DNA of 64,000 bases from Candidatus Bathyarchaeota archaeon (GCA_963815095.1 CAWFFH010000003.1:448001-512000); one strand, 5' to 3'. Shown: positions 30,474 to 41,337, counted from the stretch's first letter. Numbers and translations are program-made. The notes: generated from the sequence alone by a model not told the origin.

Positions 30474-30845
30474 ATGAGCAAAAACGAAATCGCCGTAACC
30501 TACGAACCATTCCAAGAAATCGTGATAATGGAAAAAACCCGTTTTAACAGTCCAGAAGACATCGCGCGGTTCACTTCCGTCATAGCAGGAGGTAAACTAG
30601 CAGGGCTTTACTGGGTTGACGGCGTAGTCTTTCTATATTTCCCGCTAACAGCTTCAACGGCCATAGTTGCTAAGGAACTGCTTGAGAAACACAAGGTCTA
30701 TTGGACCTTTGTCGGCTACGCAATGATGCCAAAGTACATGCCAATTATTGAAACTAAAGAAAAAATGATTGTGCCCGTAGTTGAGATATCATCTGACCCA
30801 ACTCTAAAAGCAGTTGCTCGCTGGTTAAAAGAATTAAAAGAATAA
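30474..30845 (+). CDS. conserved archaeal hypothetical protein
   Basis: Clean ORF with GGTGA SD; 'LYWVDGVVFLYFP' motif. Confidence 0.7.
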   Translation: MSKNEIAVTYEPFQEIVIMEKTRFNSPEDIARFTSVIAGGKLAGLYWVDGVVFLYFPLTASTAIVAKELLEKHKVYWTFVGYAMMPKYMPIIETKEKMIVPVVEISSDPTLKAVARWLKELKE

Positions 30846-30866
30846 ATCCGCCCTTGAGGCTAAGTT

Positions 30867-31253
30867 TTGCCTAAGATAGTATTCAAAGGCACAGTTTTTT
30901 CAGGCGAGGGCAACGGAAAAAAATTTGTGGCGCTGCCATGGTTTAAGCGGCAGGTTGAGGAAAAGTTGAGTTTTTCTCCTTATTTGGGAACCTTAAACGT
31001 GCATTTGCTTGGAAAAGAAGTTGAGAAGCGAGTACTGCTTGAGACTACAGGGAGTATAACGGTTAAGCCGCAAACAGGTTACTATTCGGGATTACTTTTC
31101 AAAGCAACCATCGATTCCTTGGAGTGTACAGTTGTAATTCCAGTAATGCCCAATTACCCACGCGATGTTTTGGAGGTTATTGCACCCGTTTATCTACGTG
31201 GCAGCCTCAAGTTGGTGGATGGCAGCTTGGTAGAGGTTTCCGTTAACGTTTAG
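30867..31253 (+). CDS. ribK: CTP-dependent riboflavin kinase
   Basis: GTVFSGEGNG, PYLGTLN, LEVIAPVYLR. Confidence 0.88.
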   Translation: MPKIVFKGTVFSGEGNGKKFVALPWFKRQVEEKLSFSPYLGTLNVHLLGKEVEKRVLLETTGSITVKPQTGYYSGLLFKATIDSLECTVVIPVMPNYPRDVLEVIAPVYLRGSLKLVDGSLVEVSVNV

Positions 31254-32742
31254 GGCCATTTGCTTTTTTGAACGCTTCCATGTATTCGTCTCGGCAACCA
31301 GCTTTTTTCAGGTATGCACCATAAGTTACTAGCGCTTTCATAGCTCGTGCTGCATCTTCGGGCGATTCAAACGAGGGTACGCCGAGTTTGTCAAAGCGTG
31401 CGCGGGTGTATAGGGCCATTTCTGTTTCGCCGATGTCGCACATGACGAAGGGTTTGGTATAGTTTTCTGCAACTTTGACTATGCCGTCGATGTATACTTC
31501 TCTGAGTCCTGGCATGTGATGAAGCCCGAGAAGGATTATGCCATGGATAGTGGGGTCCTGGAACATCAGGTCACCAGCCATAACAAACATTTCATCGGTT
31601 ACGGAACCTGTGAGGTCCACTGGGTTTGAGGTTGCGGCGATTTTTAGGATGATGTTTTGGTCTTTGAGTTCTTGGAATTTCTGAAACGTTTCTTCGCTGA
31701 AACGTTCCACTGTCAAACCTAAGGCTTCGCATTCGTCAACAGTCATGACACCGGGTCCGCCTGCGTCGGTTAAGATGCCGATGTTTTTGCCATTGGCTGG
31801 CGGCTGCATCGCTAAGGCTTTGCCTATGTCAAAGAACTCCTCCATGTCGCGTGCTCTGATGATTCCGCCCTGCTTGAACGCGGCGTCGTAGATTTTGTCT
31901 GAGCCTGCGATGGCGCCGGTGTGGGATGCCGCTGCTCTTGCACCTGCAGCACTTCTGCCCGACTTAATTATGACGACGGGTTTTTTGCAAGTTACCTTCT
32001 TGGCAATTTTGAGGAATTCTCGGCCTTCTTTTATGTCTTCAAGGTAGACGAGTATGACTTTGGTTTCTTTGTCGTGAAGTAGGTAGTGGAGGATGTCGGA
32101 TTCGGTGACGTCGCATTTGTTTCCGAAGCTCACGAATTTGCTGACGCCCATCTGGCGCCCAGTTAAATAATCTAGGGCTGCTACTCCGAAGGCGCCGCTT
32201 TGCGTAATCATGGCGATGTTGCCGGGTAAGGGTCTTGGAGTAGCCACAACGTCTTCGCCTGTTGTTAAAACTTTTGTTTCTGGCAGAAAGAGGGTGTCGA
32301 TGCCGGTTTTTGAGTAGTAAACGCCAAGGCAGTTAGGTCCCAAAACGCGGATGCCAGCATTCTCTGCGATGGCTACAACTTGGTCTTCGAGTTCTTTGTT
32401 TCCAACTTCTTTGAAGCCTGAGCTGATAATGATGGCGGTCTTGACTTTTTTAGTTGCGGCTTCCTCCATAACAGAAGGAACAACTTTTGCTGGAACGATA
32501 ACAACGATTAATTCTATGTCGCGGGGAACCTTACTTAGAGACTTGTAGCATTTAAAACCCAGAATAGAGTCTTCGCCGGGGTTAACGGGGTAGAGTTCGC
32601 CTTTGAAGACGCCGTGTTCTTTGTTAGTAACGAAGTTTTTGAAGATTACGTGACCTGCTTTGTCCACTTTTTTTGTGGCACCGATAACCGCAACTGAACG
32701 TGGATTGAAAAATGCATCCATCTTCCGTAGTGTTTCTTCCAT
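31243..32742 (-). CDS. acdA: acyl-CoA synthetase (ADP-forming) alpha subunit
   Basis: FFNPRSVAVIGA, GPNCLG, SQSGA-like TQSGA, SHTGAIAG phospho-His, NPVDLTG. Confidence 0.88.
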   Translation of the reverse strand: MEETLRKMDAFFNPRSVAVIGATKKVDKAGHVIFKNFVTNKEHGVFKGELYPVNPGEDSILGFKCYKSLSKVPRDIELIVVIVPAKVVPSVMEEAATKKVKTAIIISSGFKEVGNKELEDQVVAIAENAGIRVLGPNCLGVYYSKTGIDTLFLPETKVLTTGEDVVATPRPLPGNIAMITQSGAFGVAALDYLTGRQMGVSKFVSFGNKCDVTESDILHYLLHDKETKVILVYLEDIKEGREFLKIAKKVTCKKPVVIIKSGRSAAGARAAASHTGAIAGSDKIYDAAFKQGGIIRARDMEEFFDIGKALAMQPPANGKNIGILTDAGGPGVMTVDECEALGLTVERFSEETFQKFQELKDQNIILKIAATSNPVDLTGSVTDEMFVMAGDLMFQDPTIHGIILLGLHHMPGLREVYIDGIVKVAENYTKPFVMCDIGETEMALYTRARFDKLGVPSFESPEDAARAMKALVTYGAYLKKAGCRDEYMEAFKKANGPKR

Positions 32743-32843
32743 ACTTATCCCGTCATTCCGCATAGGTGCTTACGAACCCCGTTTTATGTGTTACTCTCTA
32801 AGAAAGCTCTTTTTCGGTAACTGGTTATTTGTTTTCGGGTGTA

Positions 32844-33695
32844 TTAACTTTGTCTAATGGTTTTTCTGACGATTACTATAGGTTTGTGCTTGATTGCCGA
32901 GAGCATTTCCCAAGTTACTTCGTTGATGTCAACATGGAACCTTGCCGCCATGTCCCAAACCGTCGCACCTGAACCTGGACCGCGAGCCTTGTCGGCGATG
33001 TTGGTGATTTTAAGCACCTCACGTGGAGAGAGGTTGCAACCGACCACCGTGAGTGGCGTGGAACTCTTTTTGAGCTTAAGGATTCTTCCCACAATGAAGG
33101 CGGTGCTTGCACCCATTGAATGTATCCCTTTTATCGGCTTAGGTCGCGGCGTAAAGTAAAAGTTGCGGAACTTGTAGGTTTTGTCGGTGTCAGCGATAAT
33201 TACATAGACATTCTTTTGTTGCCTTTGCTGGATTTGGATTTGGATTTTCTTGGCAATTTCTTCTGTATTACTCAGTGGCAAACTCACATAGGAATAGGGC
33301 AAATTTGAGCCGTCAATTCCTCCTTCCGAACCAAACATAAGTGCCTGCCAAAACCCGGCGTGCTGCAGAGCAACTTGTTTGTGGCGGCTGCCAGACTCGA
33401 AGGGGTAATTTCGTAGTCGCTTCAATAGACGCGGACCAAAACCGCACAGAATCCCAAGCGGGTAACCCCAAACAAGCTGCATCCAGAAACCAGCCAAAGC
33501 TCTCGCGCTCCAGCTTGGCTTAACCCTGCTTTCATCAACCATTTTGGATAGTGCAGTGGATATTGCCTTTTCGGATACAACCACAAAGTCGCCGTCTTCA
33601 ACTTTCTTTTCGATAGCTTTGAGGATTTTGTCTGTGTAATTGCTTTGGGGTTTCCAGTAATTGGTTGTTACTGCCAACGATGTGTACTTAGTCAT
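32844..33695 (-). CDS. CofE-like (F420:gamma-glutamyl ligase family) protein
   Basis: VVVSEKAIS, GGIDGSN, IIADTD, PIVIVR. Confidence 0.7.
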   Translation of the reverse strand: MTKYTSLAVTTNYWKPQSNYTDKILKAIEKKVEDGDFVVVSEKAISTALSKMVDESRVKPSWSARALAGFWMQLVWGYPLGILCGFGPRLLKRLRNYPFESGSRHKQVALQHAGFWQALMFGSEGGIDGSNLPYSYVSLPLSNTEEIAKKIQIQIQQRQQKNVYVIIADTDKTYKFRNFYFTPRPKPIKGIHSMGASTAFIVGRILKLKKSSTPLTVVGCNLSPREVLKITNIADKARGPGSGATVWDMAARFHVDINEVTWEMLSAIKHKPIVIVRKTIRQS

Positions 33696-33790
33696 TGACT
33701 TGGCACTTTACAACTGCACAGTTTAGGTTTGCCCTAAATAAAGGCTTAAGACTTCGGCAGCTAGCCACAATCGAAACAAGCTATGAAAAG

Positions 33791-34846
33791 CTAAAACAAC
33801 GCATATGGAAAGCCCTGATTGTTCTGATAAAGTTTACCTTTTATCGGGATTTGTTGCCCGCACACGGGGCATTTCATGTCGTTTGTTAGGTTCCATTTTG
33901 TAATGTCGAAGCTGTTTCGTTTAATGACGGCTGTGTCGCAGTTGGGACAATAGGTGTTCTCGCCTGGATGACCAGGGACATTACCCATGTAAACGTAGTG
34001 TAAGCCTTGGTTTTTAGCTATTAAATATGCACGTTCCATGTCCTGAACGCTTGTCGCTGGAGTAGTCGTTAATTTGTATTCAGGATGAAAACGCAAGAGG
34101 TGGAATGGAGTATCTGGTCCCAAATAATTCTTTATCCACTTCGCCATTTCCCTGAGTCTATCCATGGAATCACCAATCTTCGGGACAACCAAATTCGTGA
34201 TTTCTATGTGCACTCCCTGAAGTTTGAGTTCTTTTAGTGAGTCATAGATTGGTTCAACGCTGGGCACTGACATGATGGATTTGTAGAAGTCAGGGTCACC
34301 GGCGCCCTTAAAATCGACCGTTGTCGCATCCAAGTATGGTGCGATAGTTTTTACAGCTTCAGGCGTCATGTACCCGTTAGTGACAAATGTGTTAAATAAT
34401 CCTGCTTCATGCGCAAGCTTCGCCGAATCATAAGCATATTCCATGAAGATCGTTGGTTCAGTGTAGGTGTAGCTGATTCCTTGGCAACCCGCGTTCTTCG
34501 CTGATTTGACCACTTCCTCTGGGGAAAAAGGGTTGCCAGCGACTTCATGGTCTTGACTTATCATCCAGTTATCGCAGAATTGGCAGCGGAAATTGCAACC
34601 AGCCGCCGCAACCGACATGACGAGTGCGCCGGGGTTGAAGTGTGAGAGCGGTTTTTTGCTGATAGGGTCCACGCCTGCAGAAACAGCTTTACCATAGTTG
34701 AGAGTGTAAAGGGTGCCACCCTGGTTTTTTCGGACCAAACAGAACCCAGTTGCATCATCACTAATCAAACAGCGCCTAGCGCAAAGGGCGCATTTTACTT
34801 TGCCCTCACTCTGACGTTCATACAGCATCGCTTCATGTAAAGACAT
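33791..34846 (-). CDS. amrS: AmmeMemoRadiSam system radical SAM enzyme
   Basis: CALCARRC, DPISKKPL.HF.PG, GCNFRCQFC, YTYTEP, YMGNV, TYCPNC. Confidence 0.85.
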   Translation of the reverse strand: MSLHEAMLYERQSEGKVKCALCARRCLISDDATGFCLVRKNQGGTLYTLNYGKAVSAGVDPISKKPLSHFNPGALVMSVAAAGCNFRCQFCDNWMISQDHEVAGNPFSPEEVVKSAKNAGCQGISYTYTEPTIFMEYAYDSAKLAHEAGLFNTFVTNGYMTPEAVKTIAPYLDATTVDFKGAGDPDFYKSIMSVPSVEPIYDSLKELKLQGVHIEITNLVVPKIGDSMDRLREMAKWIKNYLGPDTPFHLLRFHPEYKLTTTPATSVQDMERAYLIAKNQGLHYVYMGNVPGHPGENTYCPNCDTAVIKRNSFDITKWNLTNDMKCPVCGQQIPIKGKLYQNNQGFPYALF

Positions 34847-34891
34847 AAAAATCCACAAAGAGAATAGGGAGTTTCTGTTTAAAAGCATTCA

Positions 34892-35224
34892 TTACAAGAG
34901 CTTGTTGAAAAAGCAGCTGTATTCACCCGTATGGCATGCGGGGCCAGTCTGTTCAACCACATACAGTAGTGAATCGTAATCGCAGTCGGTCGAGACAGAG
35001 ATGACTTTTTGCGTGTGTCCTGAGGTTTCACCTTTTATCCAGATTTCATTGCGGCTTCTGCTCCAGTAAGTTGCTTTACAGGTTTTGAGAGTGAGCTCAA
35101 CTGATTGTTTATTGGCGTATGCTTGCATCAAGATTTCCTTTGTTTTTGCGTCTTGAACTATAACTGGGATCAGTCCGTTGCCTTTTTTGAAATCCAATTT
35201 CAGTAGCAAATCATTGTTTGTCAT
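34892..35224 (-). CDS. hisI: phosphoribosyl-AMP cyclohydrolase
   Basis: [28 protein letters not shown]. Confidence 0.95.
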   Translation of the reverse strand: MTNNDLLLKLDFKKGNGLIPVIVQDAKTKEILMQAYANKQSVELTLKTCKATYWSRSRNEIWIKGETSGHTQKVISVSTDCDYDSLLYVVEQTGPACHTGEYSCFFNKLL

Positions 35225-36024
35225 GTTCGTATTGTCACCCCCATCTTACGAAGGTAATCCTTCACGACAGGGACAGGATAATTGTTATAGTGAAAAATTG
35301 AAGCAGCCAATGCTGCATCTGCTTTGCCCTCGGTTAAAACGTCCAGAAGGTGTTTTGGGATGCCGGCGCCACCGCTTGCGATAATGGGCACGTTGACTCG
35401 TTCGGAGATAGAGCGGGTTAATTCGATGTCATAGCCTTCTTTTGTTCCATCCTTATCCATTGAGGTTACGAGGAACTCGCCTGCGCCAAGCTTCTCGGCC
35501 TGAATTGACCATGCTAAAGCGTCGATGCCTGTAGGTCTTCTGCCGCCGTAAGTGACCACTTCAAACCATACTTTGCCCTCGCCAGTATCAACCATGATTT
35601 TGCCTTCACAAGGCGTGTGATTGCGCTTAGCGTCGATAGCTGTGACAACGCATTGCCTACCAAAAACGTCAGATAATTCGGTTATGACTTTGGGATTTTC
35701 TACTGCCGCTGTATTAACCGACACCTTGTCAGCTCCGCTACACAGAACCAGCCGTGCATCCGACACATTGCGGACCCCGCCTCCGACAGTGAAAGGTATG
35801 CTGATTGCTTTAGCGACCCCCTCCACGACACCTCTAAGAATGTCCCGTTTCTCGGAAGATGCAGATATGTCCAAAAAAACCAGTTCATCTGCTCCGTCAT
35901 CGGAGTAGCGTTTAGCCATTTCGACTGGGTCGCCTGCATGTTTTGGATTGAGGAAGTTTACGCACTTTACCACTTTTCCGTGGTCAACGTCGAGGCATGG
36001 AATGATTCGTTTTGCAAGAGGCAT
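35221..36024 (-). CDS. hisF: imidazole glycerol phosphate synthase, cyclase subunit
   Basis: [34 protein letters not shown]. Confidence 0.95.
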   Translation of the reverse strand: MPLAKRIIPCLDVDHGKVVKCVNFLNPKHAGDPVEMAKRYSDDGADELVFLDISASSEKRDILRGVVEGVAKAISIPFTVGGGVRNVSDARLVLCSGADKVSVNTAAVENPKVITELSDVFGRQCVVTAIDAKRNHTPCEGKIMVDTGEGKVWFEVVTYGGRRPTGIDALAWSIQAEKLGAGEFLVTSMDKDGTKEGYDIELTRSISERVNVPIIASGGAGIPKHLLDVLTEGKADAALAASIFHYNNYPVPVVKDYLRKMGVTIRT

Positions 36025-36026
36025 TT

Positions 36027-36752
36027 TTAAGCTCCTATTTTTTTTATGGCTTCTTTTAACGTGAAGCGCCCTTCATAAAGGGCTTTGCCGATGACTGCGC
36101 CTTCCACTCCGATTTCTTTTAGAGCAACCAAGTCGCCTATGCTACCGATTCCGCCCGCTGCCACGATTTTGGCATTGGGAAAGAGGGCAGATTGGCTGAG
36201 TGTTTGCAGGTCCGGACCCGTAAGCATACCATCTTGTGCAATGGAAGTTATTAGAAAACGGTGAACGCCCAGAGATGTGTATTTTTCGAGGGCATCGTCC
36301 ACCGTCATTGCGGTTGCGGTTTTCCATCCCTCGACCATGATAAGCCCCTCCTTGTTATCTAACGCAACTATTACTGAGTCTGCGCCAAATTTTTTCTGAA
36401 TTTTGCCGATGACGGGGGGGTCACTGAAGGCCAAGGCGCCAAGGATTACTTGAGTTATACCTGTTTTGAAAAGTTTTTCTGCGGTTTCGTAACTACGAAT
36501 TCCTCCCCCGACTTGAATTGGTAATTTAACGTTTTTTGCAACCTCGGCAATGACTGAGTGGTTATTGCCAAGTGCGAAAGCTGCGTCCAAATCGATAATA
36601 TGTAGTTTGCTCGCACCTTCGTCTCGCCAACGCTGTGCAGCTTCGATGGGAGTTCCGAATTGGGCTTCGTAGAATTTGGCGGTTTTGGCTTCGCCACGTG
36701 TTAATCGGACGATTTTGCCTTCCATTAAATCGATTGCTGGAATTAACTGCAT
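36027..36752 (-). CDS. hisA: ProFAR isomerase
   Basis: IPAIDL, HIIDLDAA, QVGGGIR, DGMLTGPD. Confidence 0.95.
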   Translation of the reverse strand: MQLIPAIDLMEGKIVRLTRGEAKTAKFYEAQFGTPIEAAQRWRDEGASKLHIIDLDAAFALGNNHSVIAEVAKNVKLPIQVGGGIRSYETAEKLFKTGITQVILGALAFSDPPVIGKIQKKFGADSVIVALDNKEGLIMVEGWKTATAMTVDDALEKYTSLGVHRFLITSIAQDGMLTGPDLQTLSQSALFPNAKIVAAGGIGSIGDLVALKEIGVEGAVIGKALYEGRFTLKEAIKKIGA

Positions 36753-36757
36753 ATAAA

Positions 36758-37363
36758 TCACTTCACAACTGTTTTGACGAAGTTTTTGAGGATTTTAATT
36801 CCGACATCTCCTGATTTTTCTGGGTGAAACTGAGTACCATAAATGTTTTTGCTGGTGACTGCTGAGGTGAATGTTGTGCCGTAATCGGTTGTAGTGCAAA
36901 CTATCTTCTTATCCTTGGGCACTGGATAGAGCGAGTGCACAAAGTAAACGTATGTGCCTTCGGCGATGCCGTCGAAGAGCTCGTTTGGTTTCGCGATGTT
37001 TAGTGTGTTCCAGCCCATATGGGGCACCTTAACGGTTTTAGGTAACTGAACGTTTCTGCCTTTGAAAAGCGCTAGACCTTTTCCCGGCCCCTCTTCGCTT
37101 GATTCAAAGAAAAGCTGCAAACCCAAACAGATGCCAAGCAGTGGAGTCCCTTCTTGGATTTTGGCTTGAAGAGTTTCTTTGACGGTGTCGAGTTTTTCTG
37201 AGGCTGCGGTGAAGCTTCCGACGCCGGGCATTGCGATGGCGTCTGCTTTCGCCAAATCTTTTGTTGTAGTGCCAATTGAAGTGGTTAACCCTGCCTTTTC
37301 CAACGCCGTCTTTAGGCTTAATAGGTTGCCGACACCGTAGTCGAATATGACTGCTTGCGGCAT
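36758..37363 (-). CDS. hisH: imidazole glycerol phosphate synthase, glutaminase subunit
   Basis: DYGVGN, PGVG, GICLG, VPHMGWN, QFHPEKS. Confidence 0.95.
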   Translation of the reverse strand: MPQAVIFDYGVGNLLSLKTALEKAGLTTSIGTTTKDLAKADAIAMPGVGSFTAASEKLDTVKETLQAKIQEGTPLLGICLGLQLFFESSEEGPGKGLALFKGRNVQLPKTVKVPHMGWNTLNIAKPNELFDGIAEGTYVYFVHSLYPVPKDKKIVCTTTDYGTTFTSAVTSKNIYGTQFHPEKSGDVGIKILKNFVKTVVK

Positions 37364-37938
37364 TAGATGACTCCCTTGGAGCTGGGCACGCCTTTGCGTC
37401 TTGGATCCATGGCTACCGCTTGGCGGAGCGAGAGTGCGAGGGCTTTGGTGGCGGCTTCTGCTTTGTGGTGGTCGTTGCTGCCGTACTCAACGAAGATGTG
37501 AACATTTGCTTGGAGTGCGGTGGCGAGGGATTCGAAGAAATGGTTAATGTCCTCAGTCGGCATCTCTTCTACTTTTTTGCCGCGAAGTTTAAGGTCGATT
37601 TTGAAGTAGGGACGTTTGACGAGGTCTACGGCCGCGAATGCTAGGGAGCAATCCATGGGTGCGGCTGCGCTGCCAAACCGAGTGATGCCTTCCCTTTTGC
37701 CCAATGCCTTGTTGAGTGCTTCGCCCAAGCCGATGGCTAAGTCTTCGACGCAGTGGTGCACCAAATCGCCCTTCACCGACGCCGAGATGTCGATCAGGCT
37801 GTGGGTTGCAAGCGAGGTAAGCATGTGGTCAAGGAACGGCACAGCTGTGTTAACGGTTGCTTTTCCTTCGCCTTCAAGGTTCACACAAACTTTAACTTCG
37901 GTTTCCTTAGTCTCGCGATAAACTTCCTCTTTCCTCAT
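37363..37938 (-). CDS. hisB: imidazoleglycerol-phosphate dehydratase
   Basis: RETKET, FLDHML, HHCVED, NDHHKAE, PSSKG. Confidence 0.95.
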   Translation of the reverse strand: MRKEEVYRETKETEVKVCVNLEGEGKATVNTAVPFLDHMLTSLATHSLIDISASVKGDLVHHCVEDLAIGLGEALNKALGKREGITRFGSAAAPMDCSLAFAAVDLVKRPYFKIDLKLRGKKVEEMPTEDINHFFESLATALQANVHIFVEYGSNDHHKAEAATKALALSLRQAVAMDPRRKGVPSSKGVI

Positions 37939-39059
37939 TCGTCTTCCTCTGAAATCACTTTTAATGCTTCAACCAATTTAGCGTTCATTTCAGGCAACCC
38001 AACCGTGACGCGGAAGCAGTTCTCGTACTGGAGCATTTTGCCCCATTTCTTGACCATGATGCCTTTCCAAAGCAGCTTCTGGTTAACTATGTCCGCGGGT
38101 TTTTCTGTGTGCATCAGCACAAAGTTGGATTGTGAATCGAACGCTTGTACGCCTTCTATTTCGTTTAGTGCCTTTATCAGTTTTTCCCGTTCACTCTTGG
38201 TTTGTCTTACGGATTCAAGCATTAAATCAACGTTGTCGAGCATTTTGGAACCCATCCTGAGTGTGAAACCGCTCACGGGGTAGGGCAGGGGCGATTTTTC
38301 AGTTAATATCTTGGCTAACTCGGGGTTTGCCACCGCGTAGCCCAACCGAAGTGCCGCCAGCCCAAACGCTTTGGAAAAGGTCCTCAGAATAATCATGTTC
38401 TCAAACTCTTTTATCCTGGGCACAAAAGAGTAGTCTGCGAATTCGCCGTACGCCTCATCCAAAATAACGATGCCCGGGAAAGCGGTAGCTAATTTTTCTA
38501 TGTCTTCTGCTTTGTACTGTGTTCCTGTGGGGCTGTTTGGTGAGCAGAGGTAGACCAACCTTGTTTTCTCTGAGAACTTGGAGAGCATTCCTTTGACGTC
38601 GAGTTGCAGGTTTTTCTGGAGCGGAACCGCGACGTATTCGCCTTCTTGGCGTTTAACGCAGAGCCTTGGAATCGAGAATGAAGGCGCAAACGAAACTGCT
38701 ATGTCACCTTTCTCAACGAAGAGTCTTATGATGCGGTCGATTAATTCGTCACTTGCGTTGCCGACTACAAGGAAATCCTTTGGAACTTTCATGTAAACAG
38801 CTAGTTTCTCGCGCAGCTTACCTTCCTCATCTTCAGGGTACATGCGCAAATCGATTTCCTCCGCAACCTCTTTCACGAGTTTAACCTGCTTCACGCGGGA
38901 CATGAAGAGGTTCTCGTTGAAGTCCAGTTTAATTATCTGTTTTGTGGTGACTCCAAGCTGCTTGGCAACGGTTTCAGGTGTGGCTCCAGCAGAGTAGCAG
39001 TCTATTGCTTGGAGTTTTTCGAGTTTTTGTTTTATCCATTTTTGGTAGGATTCGCTCAT
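37935..39059 (-). CDS. hisC: histidinol-phosphate aminotransferase
   Basis: KLDFNEN, DEAY, RTFSKAFGLAALRLGY; operon position. Confidence 0.9.
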   Translation of the reverse strand: MSESYQKWIKQKLEKLQAIDCYSAGATPETVAKQLGVTTKQIIKLDFNENLFMSRVKQVKLVKEVAEEIDLRMYPEDEEGKLREKLAVYMKVPKDFLVVGNASDELIDRIIRLFVEKGDIAVSFAPSFSIPRLCVKRQEGEYVAVPLQKNLQLDVKGMLSKFSEKTRLVYLCSPNSPTGTQYKAEDIEKLATAFPGIVILDEAYGEFADYSFVPRIKEFENMIILRTFSKAFGLAALRLGYAVANPELAKILTEKSPLPYPVSGFTLRMGSKMLDNVDLMLESVRQTKSEREKLIKALNEIEGVQAFDSQSNFVLMHTEKPADIVNQKLLWKGIMVKKWGKMLQYENCFRVTVGLPEMNAKLVEALKVISEEDE

Positions 39060-40357
39060 ATTTCTAACCTTGCTTTAATTGCTTTATAGTGATTGGGAAG
39101 GTTCTCTGCTTCCGTCATTACTTTGACGCTGTCGCGTACACGTTCTAAACCCACTTTGGTGCACTCTACTATGCTTACCCGGCGCATAAAGTCCAAGGCT
39201 GATAAACCCGAGAACGATTTAGCAAAGCCACCAGTCGGCAGGACATGGTTGGTTCCGCTGCCATAGTCGCTTAACGCAACGGGACTGTAGGGGCCTAAAA
39301 GTATGAGTCCAGCGGTTAGTTTCTGTGCCAACTCTTTGGCGTTGGCAGTCATAACTTCTAAGTGCTCAGCCGCAAACTGATTAACTAAATTAACGGCTAC
39401 TTCCATGTTTCTGCAAATTATTATGAAGCCATATTTGGAGAGCGACTCACAGATTTTTTCACCTCTCTCAGCGCCGGCGGCAATCTTCGTGAGGTAATCC
39501 TGAACCTGCAATGCCACCTTCTCTGAAGTGGTTATGAGTCCTGCAACACTGTCGCCGCCGTGCTCTGCCTGCGAAACCATGTCGAACGCAATTAACCGCG
39601 CATCAGCACATTCATCCGCCAGCACCAGCACTTCGCTTGGACCAGCAGGCATATCGATTGCAACATCGGTAGAAACCAGAACCTTTGCAGCCGTCACGTA
39701 TTTGCTACCTGGACCCACGATTTTCCGCACGGGCTCCATGGTTCTTGTTCCATAAGCTAACGCTGCTATGGCTTGGGCTCCGCCAACTCTGTAGACCTCA
39801 TCGACTCCGCAGATGTCAGCTGCAACAAGGACCAGCGGGTTAACTTTGCCCTTGGCATCTGATGGTGAACACACAACTATTCGAGGAACACCCGCGGCTT
39901 TAGCTGGAACCACAGTCATAACAAGCGTGCTCGGGTAAGCGGCCTGTCCGCCTGGAACGTAGCAGCCTACACTTTCGATCGGCCGCAAAACAGTCTGGAC
40001 TGAAATGCCGTTGCCAGAAGAGTTGATTTCGGTTTTGGTAAGCAGCTGTTTTTGGTAGGTGTTGACTTTTTCCTTCATGAACTTTAAAGCTGAGATTTGC
40101 TGGGGAGTGGTTTTGTTGTAGGCTTCCTTGATTTCTCCTGGTTTAACTCTAAGGCCCCGTACATTGAGTTCGGCTTTATCAAATTTTAATGCCAGCTCAA
40201 CTAGGGCAGCGTCGCCATCTGCTTTAACCTGGTTTACTATGGCTTTAACGCTGAATTCGACTTCCAGCGCTGCATTTTCGTCTGCTTTCTGCCGTTTAGA
40301 CCAGTCTGGTGGCAGCGCGTCTGATTTCCAGATTCTCAGCTCGAACCCTTTGAGCAT
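39056..40357 (-). CDS. hisD: histidinol dehydrogenase
   Basis: YVPGG, GGAQAIAA, DMPAGPSE, QAEH, EHL, GTNHVLPT. Confidence 0.95.
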   Translation of the reverse strand: MLKGFELRIWKSDALPPDWSKRQKADENAALEVEFSVKAIVNQVKADGDAALVELALKFDKAELNVRGLRVKPGEIKEAYNKTTPQQISALKFMKEKVNTYQKQLLTKTEINSSGNGISVQTVLRPIESVGCYVPGGQAAYPSTLVMTVVPAKAAGVPRIVVCSPSDAKGKVNPLVLVAADICGVDEVYRVGGAQAIAALAYGTRTMEPVRKIVGPGSKYVTAAKVLVSTDVAIDMPAGPSEVLVLADECADARLIAFDMVSQAEHGGDSVAGLITTSEKVALQVQDYLTKIAAGAERGEKICESLSKYGFIIICRNMEVAVNLVNQFAAEHLEVMTANAKELAQKLTAGLILLGPYSPVALSDYGSGTNHVLPTGGFAKSFSGLSALDFMRRVSIVECTKVGLERVRDSVKVMTEAENLPNHYKAIKARLEI

Positions 40358-41337
40358 GTTCCTTCGTTTCTCCGCGCTATCTCATCGAGTGCCAGCACTT
40401 GACGTGGTTCATATACGACCAGTCCTTGGGCTAGTTTACGAATCTTGGGCAACAATCCGATTAAGCAGTCTTTTTCGATAACGGTGTTTACGCCAACCCA
40501 ACCCTCATCGGCTAAGGGTGATATTGTTGGATTCTTCAGTGCGGGTAATTCAGTTAGCAATGTTTGGAGGTTTTCTTTTTTGACGTTAACGAATATGTGA
40601 ATTCTCTTGGAACCGTCAACGACGCCTTTTAGCAAAGCAACTATGTCGTAGATTTTCTCGCGTTTCTCGGGGTCTTCTAGGCTTTTTTTGTTAGCGATGA
40701 GAATTGCCGATGATTTGAGGACGGTTTCTATGATACGGAGGTTGTTAGCGTCTATGGTCGTGCCTGTTTCTGTTACGTCCATGATGCAGTCGGAATCTTC
40801 CGGCGGCTTAGCTTCAGTGGCGCCAAAAGATAGGAAAATCTTGGCGCGTGAGTTGTCACCTTTCTTCCACCATGGCGTCACAAGCATCGGGTCAGAGCTG
40901 CCAAACCGTTTCTTGTATTGCGGAGTGTTCTTGAGGTATTCGGAGGCGATGTTGAGGTATTCGGTGCTGATTCGGAAGTCCCTGCCCTGACTCCAAATCG
41001 ACTCCATGTACTCACCCACTGTCGTTCCTTCAGGAACACTTTTGGGCACGGCTATGACGAGTTTGATTTTTCCGTATTCGAGGTTCTGGAGGATTTCCAC
41101 ATCGGCTTTGTTTTCTTTCACCCAGTCTTCCCCGGTGATGCCAAGGTCCTGTAAGCCTTCGTTGACGAAAACTGGGATTTCTTGGGGCCTTAGCACTTTC
41201 ATCTCAATCTGAGGGTCGTTTATGGTTGGGCGGTATGTTCGTTCTGTTCCGCCGATTTTGAATCCTGATTTAGAGAAGAATTCCGCTGTTGCTTTTTCTA
41301 GTGAGCCTTTGGGGATGGCAAATTTTATTTTATCCAT
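40336..41337 (-). CDS. hisG: ATP phosphoribosyltransferase, long form
   Basis: AIPKGSL, LRPQEIP, GATEAKPP, DVTETGTT, C-terminal regulatory domain PTISPL. Confidence 0.93.
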   Translation of the reverse strand: MDKIKFAIPKGSLEKATAEFFSKSGFKIGGTERTYRPTINDPQIEMKVLRPQEIPVFVNEGLQDLGITGEDWVKENKADVEILQNLEYGKIKLVIAVPKSVPEGTTVGEYMESIWSQGRDFRISTEYLNIASEYLKNTPQYKKRFGSSDPMLVTPWWKKGDNSRAKIFLSFGATEAKPPEDSDCIMDVTETGTTIDANNLRIIETVLKSSAILIANKKSLEDPEKREKIYDIVALLKGVVDGSKRIHIFVNVKKENLQTLLTELPALKNPTISPLADEGWVGVNTVIEKDCLIGLLPKIRKLAQGLVVYEPRQVLALDEIARRNEGTCSKGSS

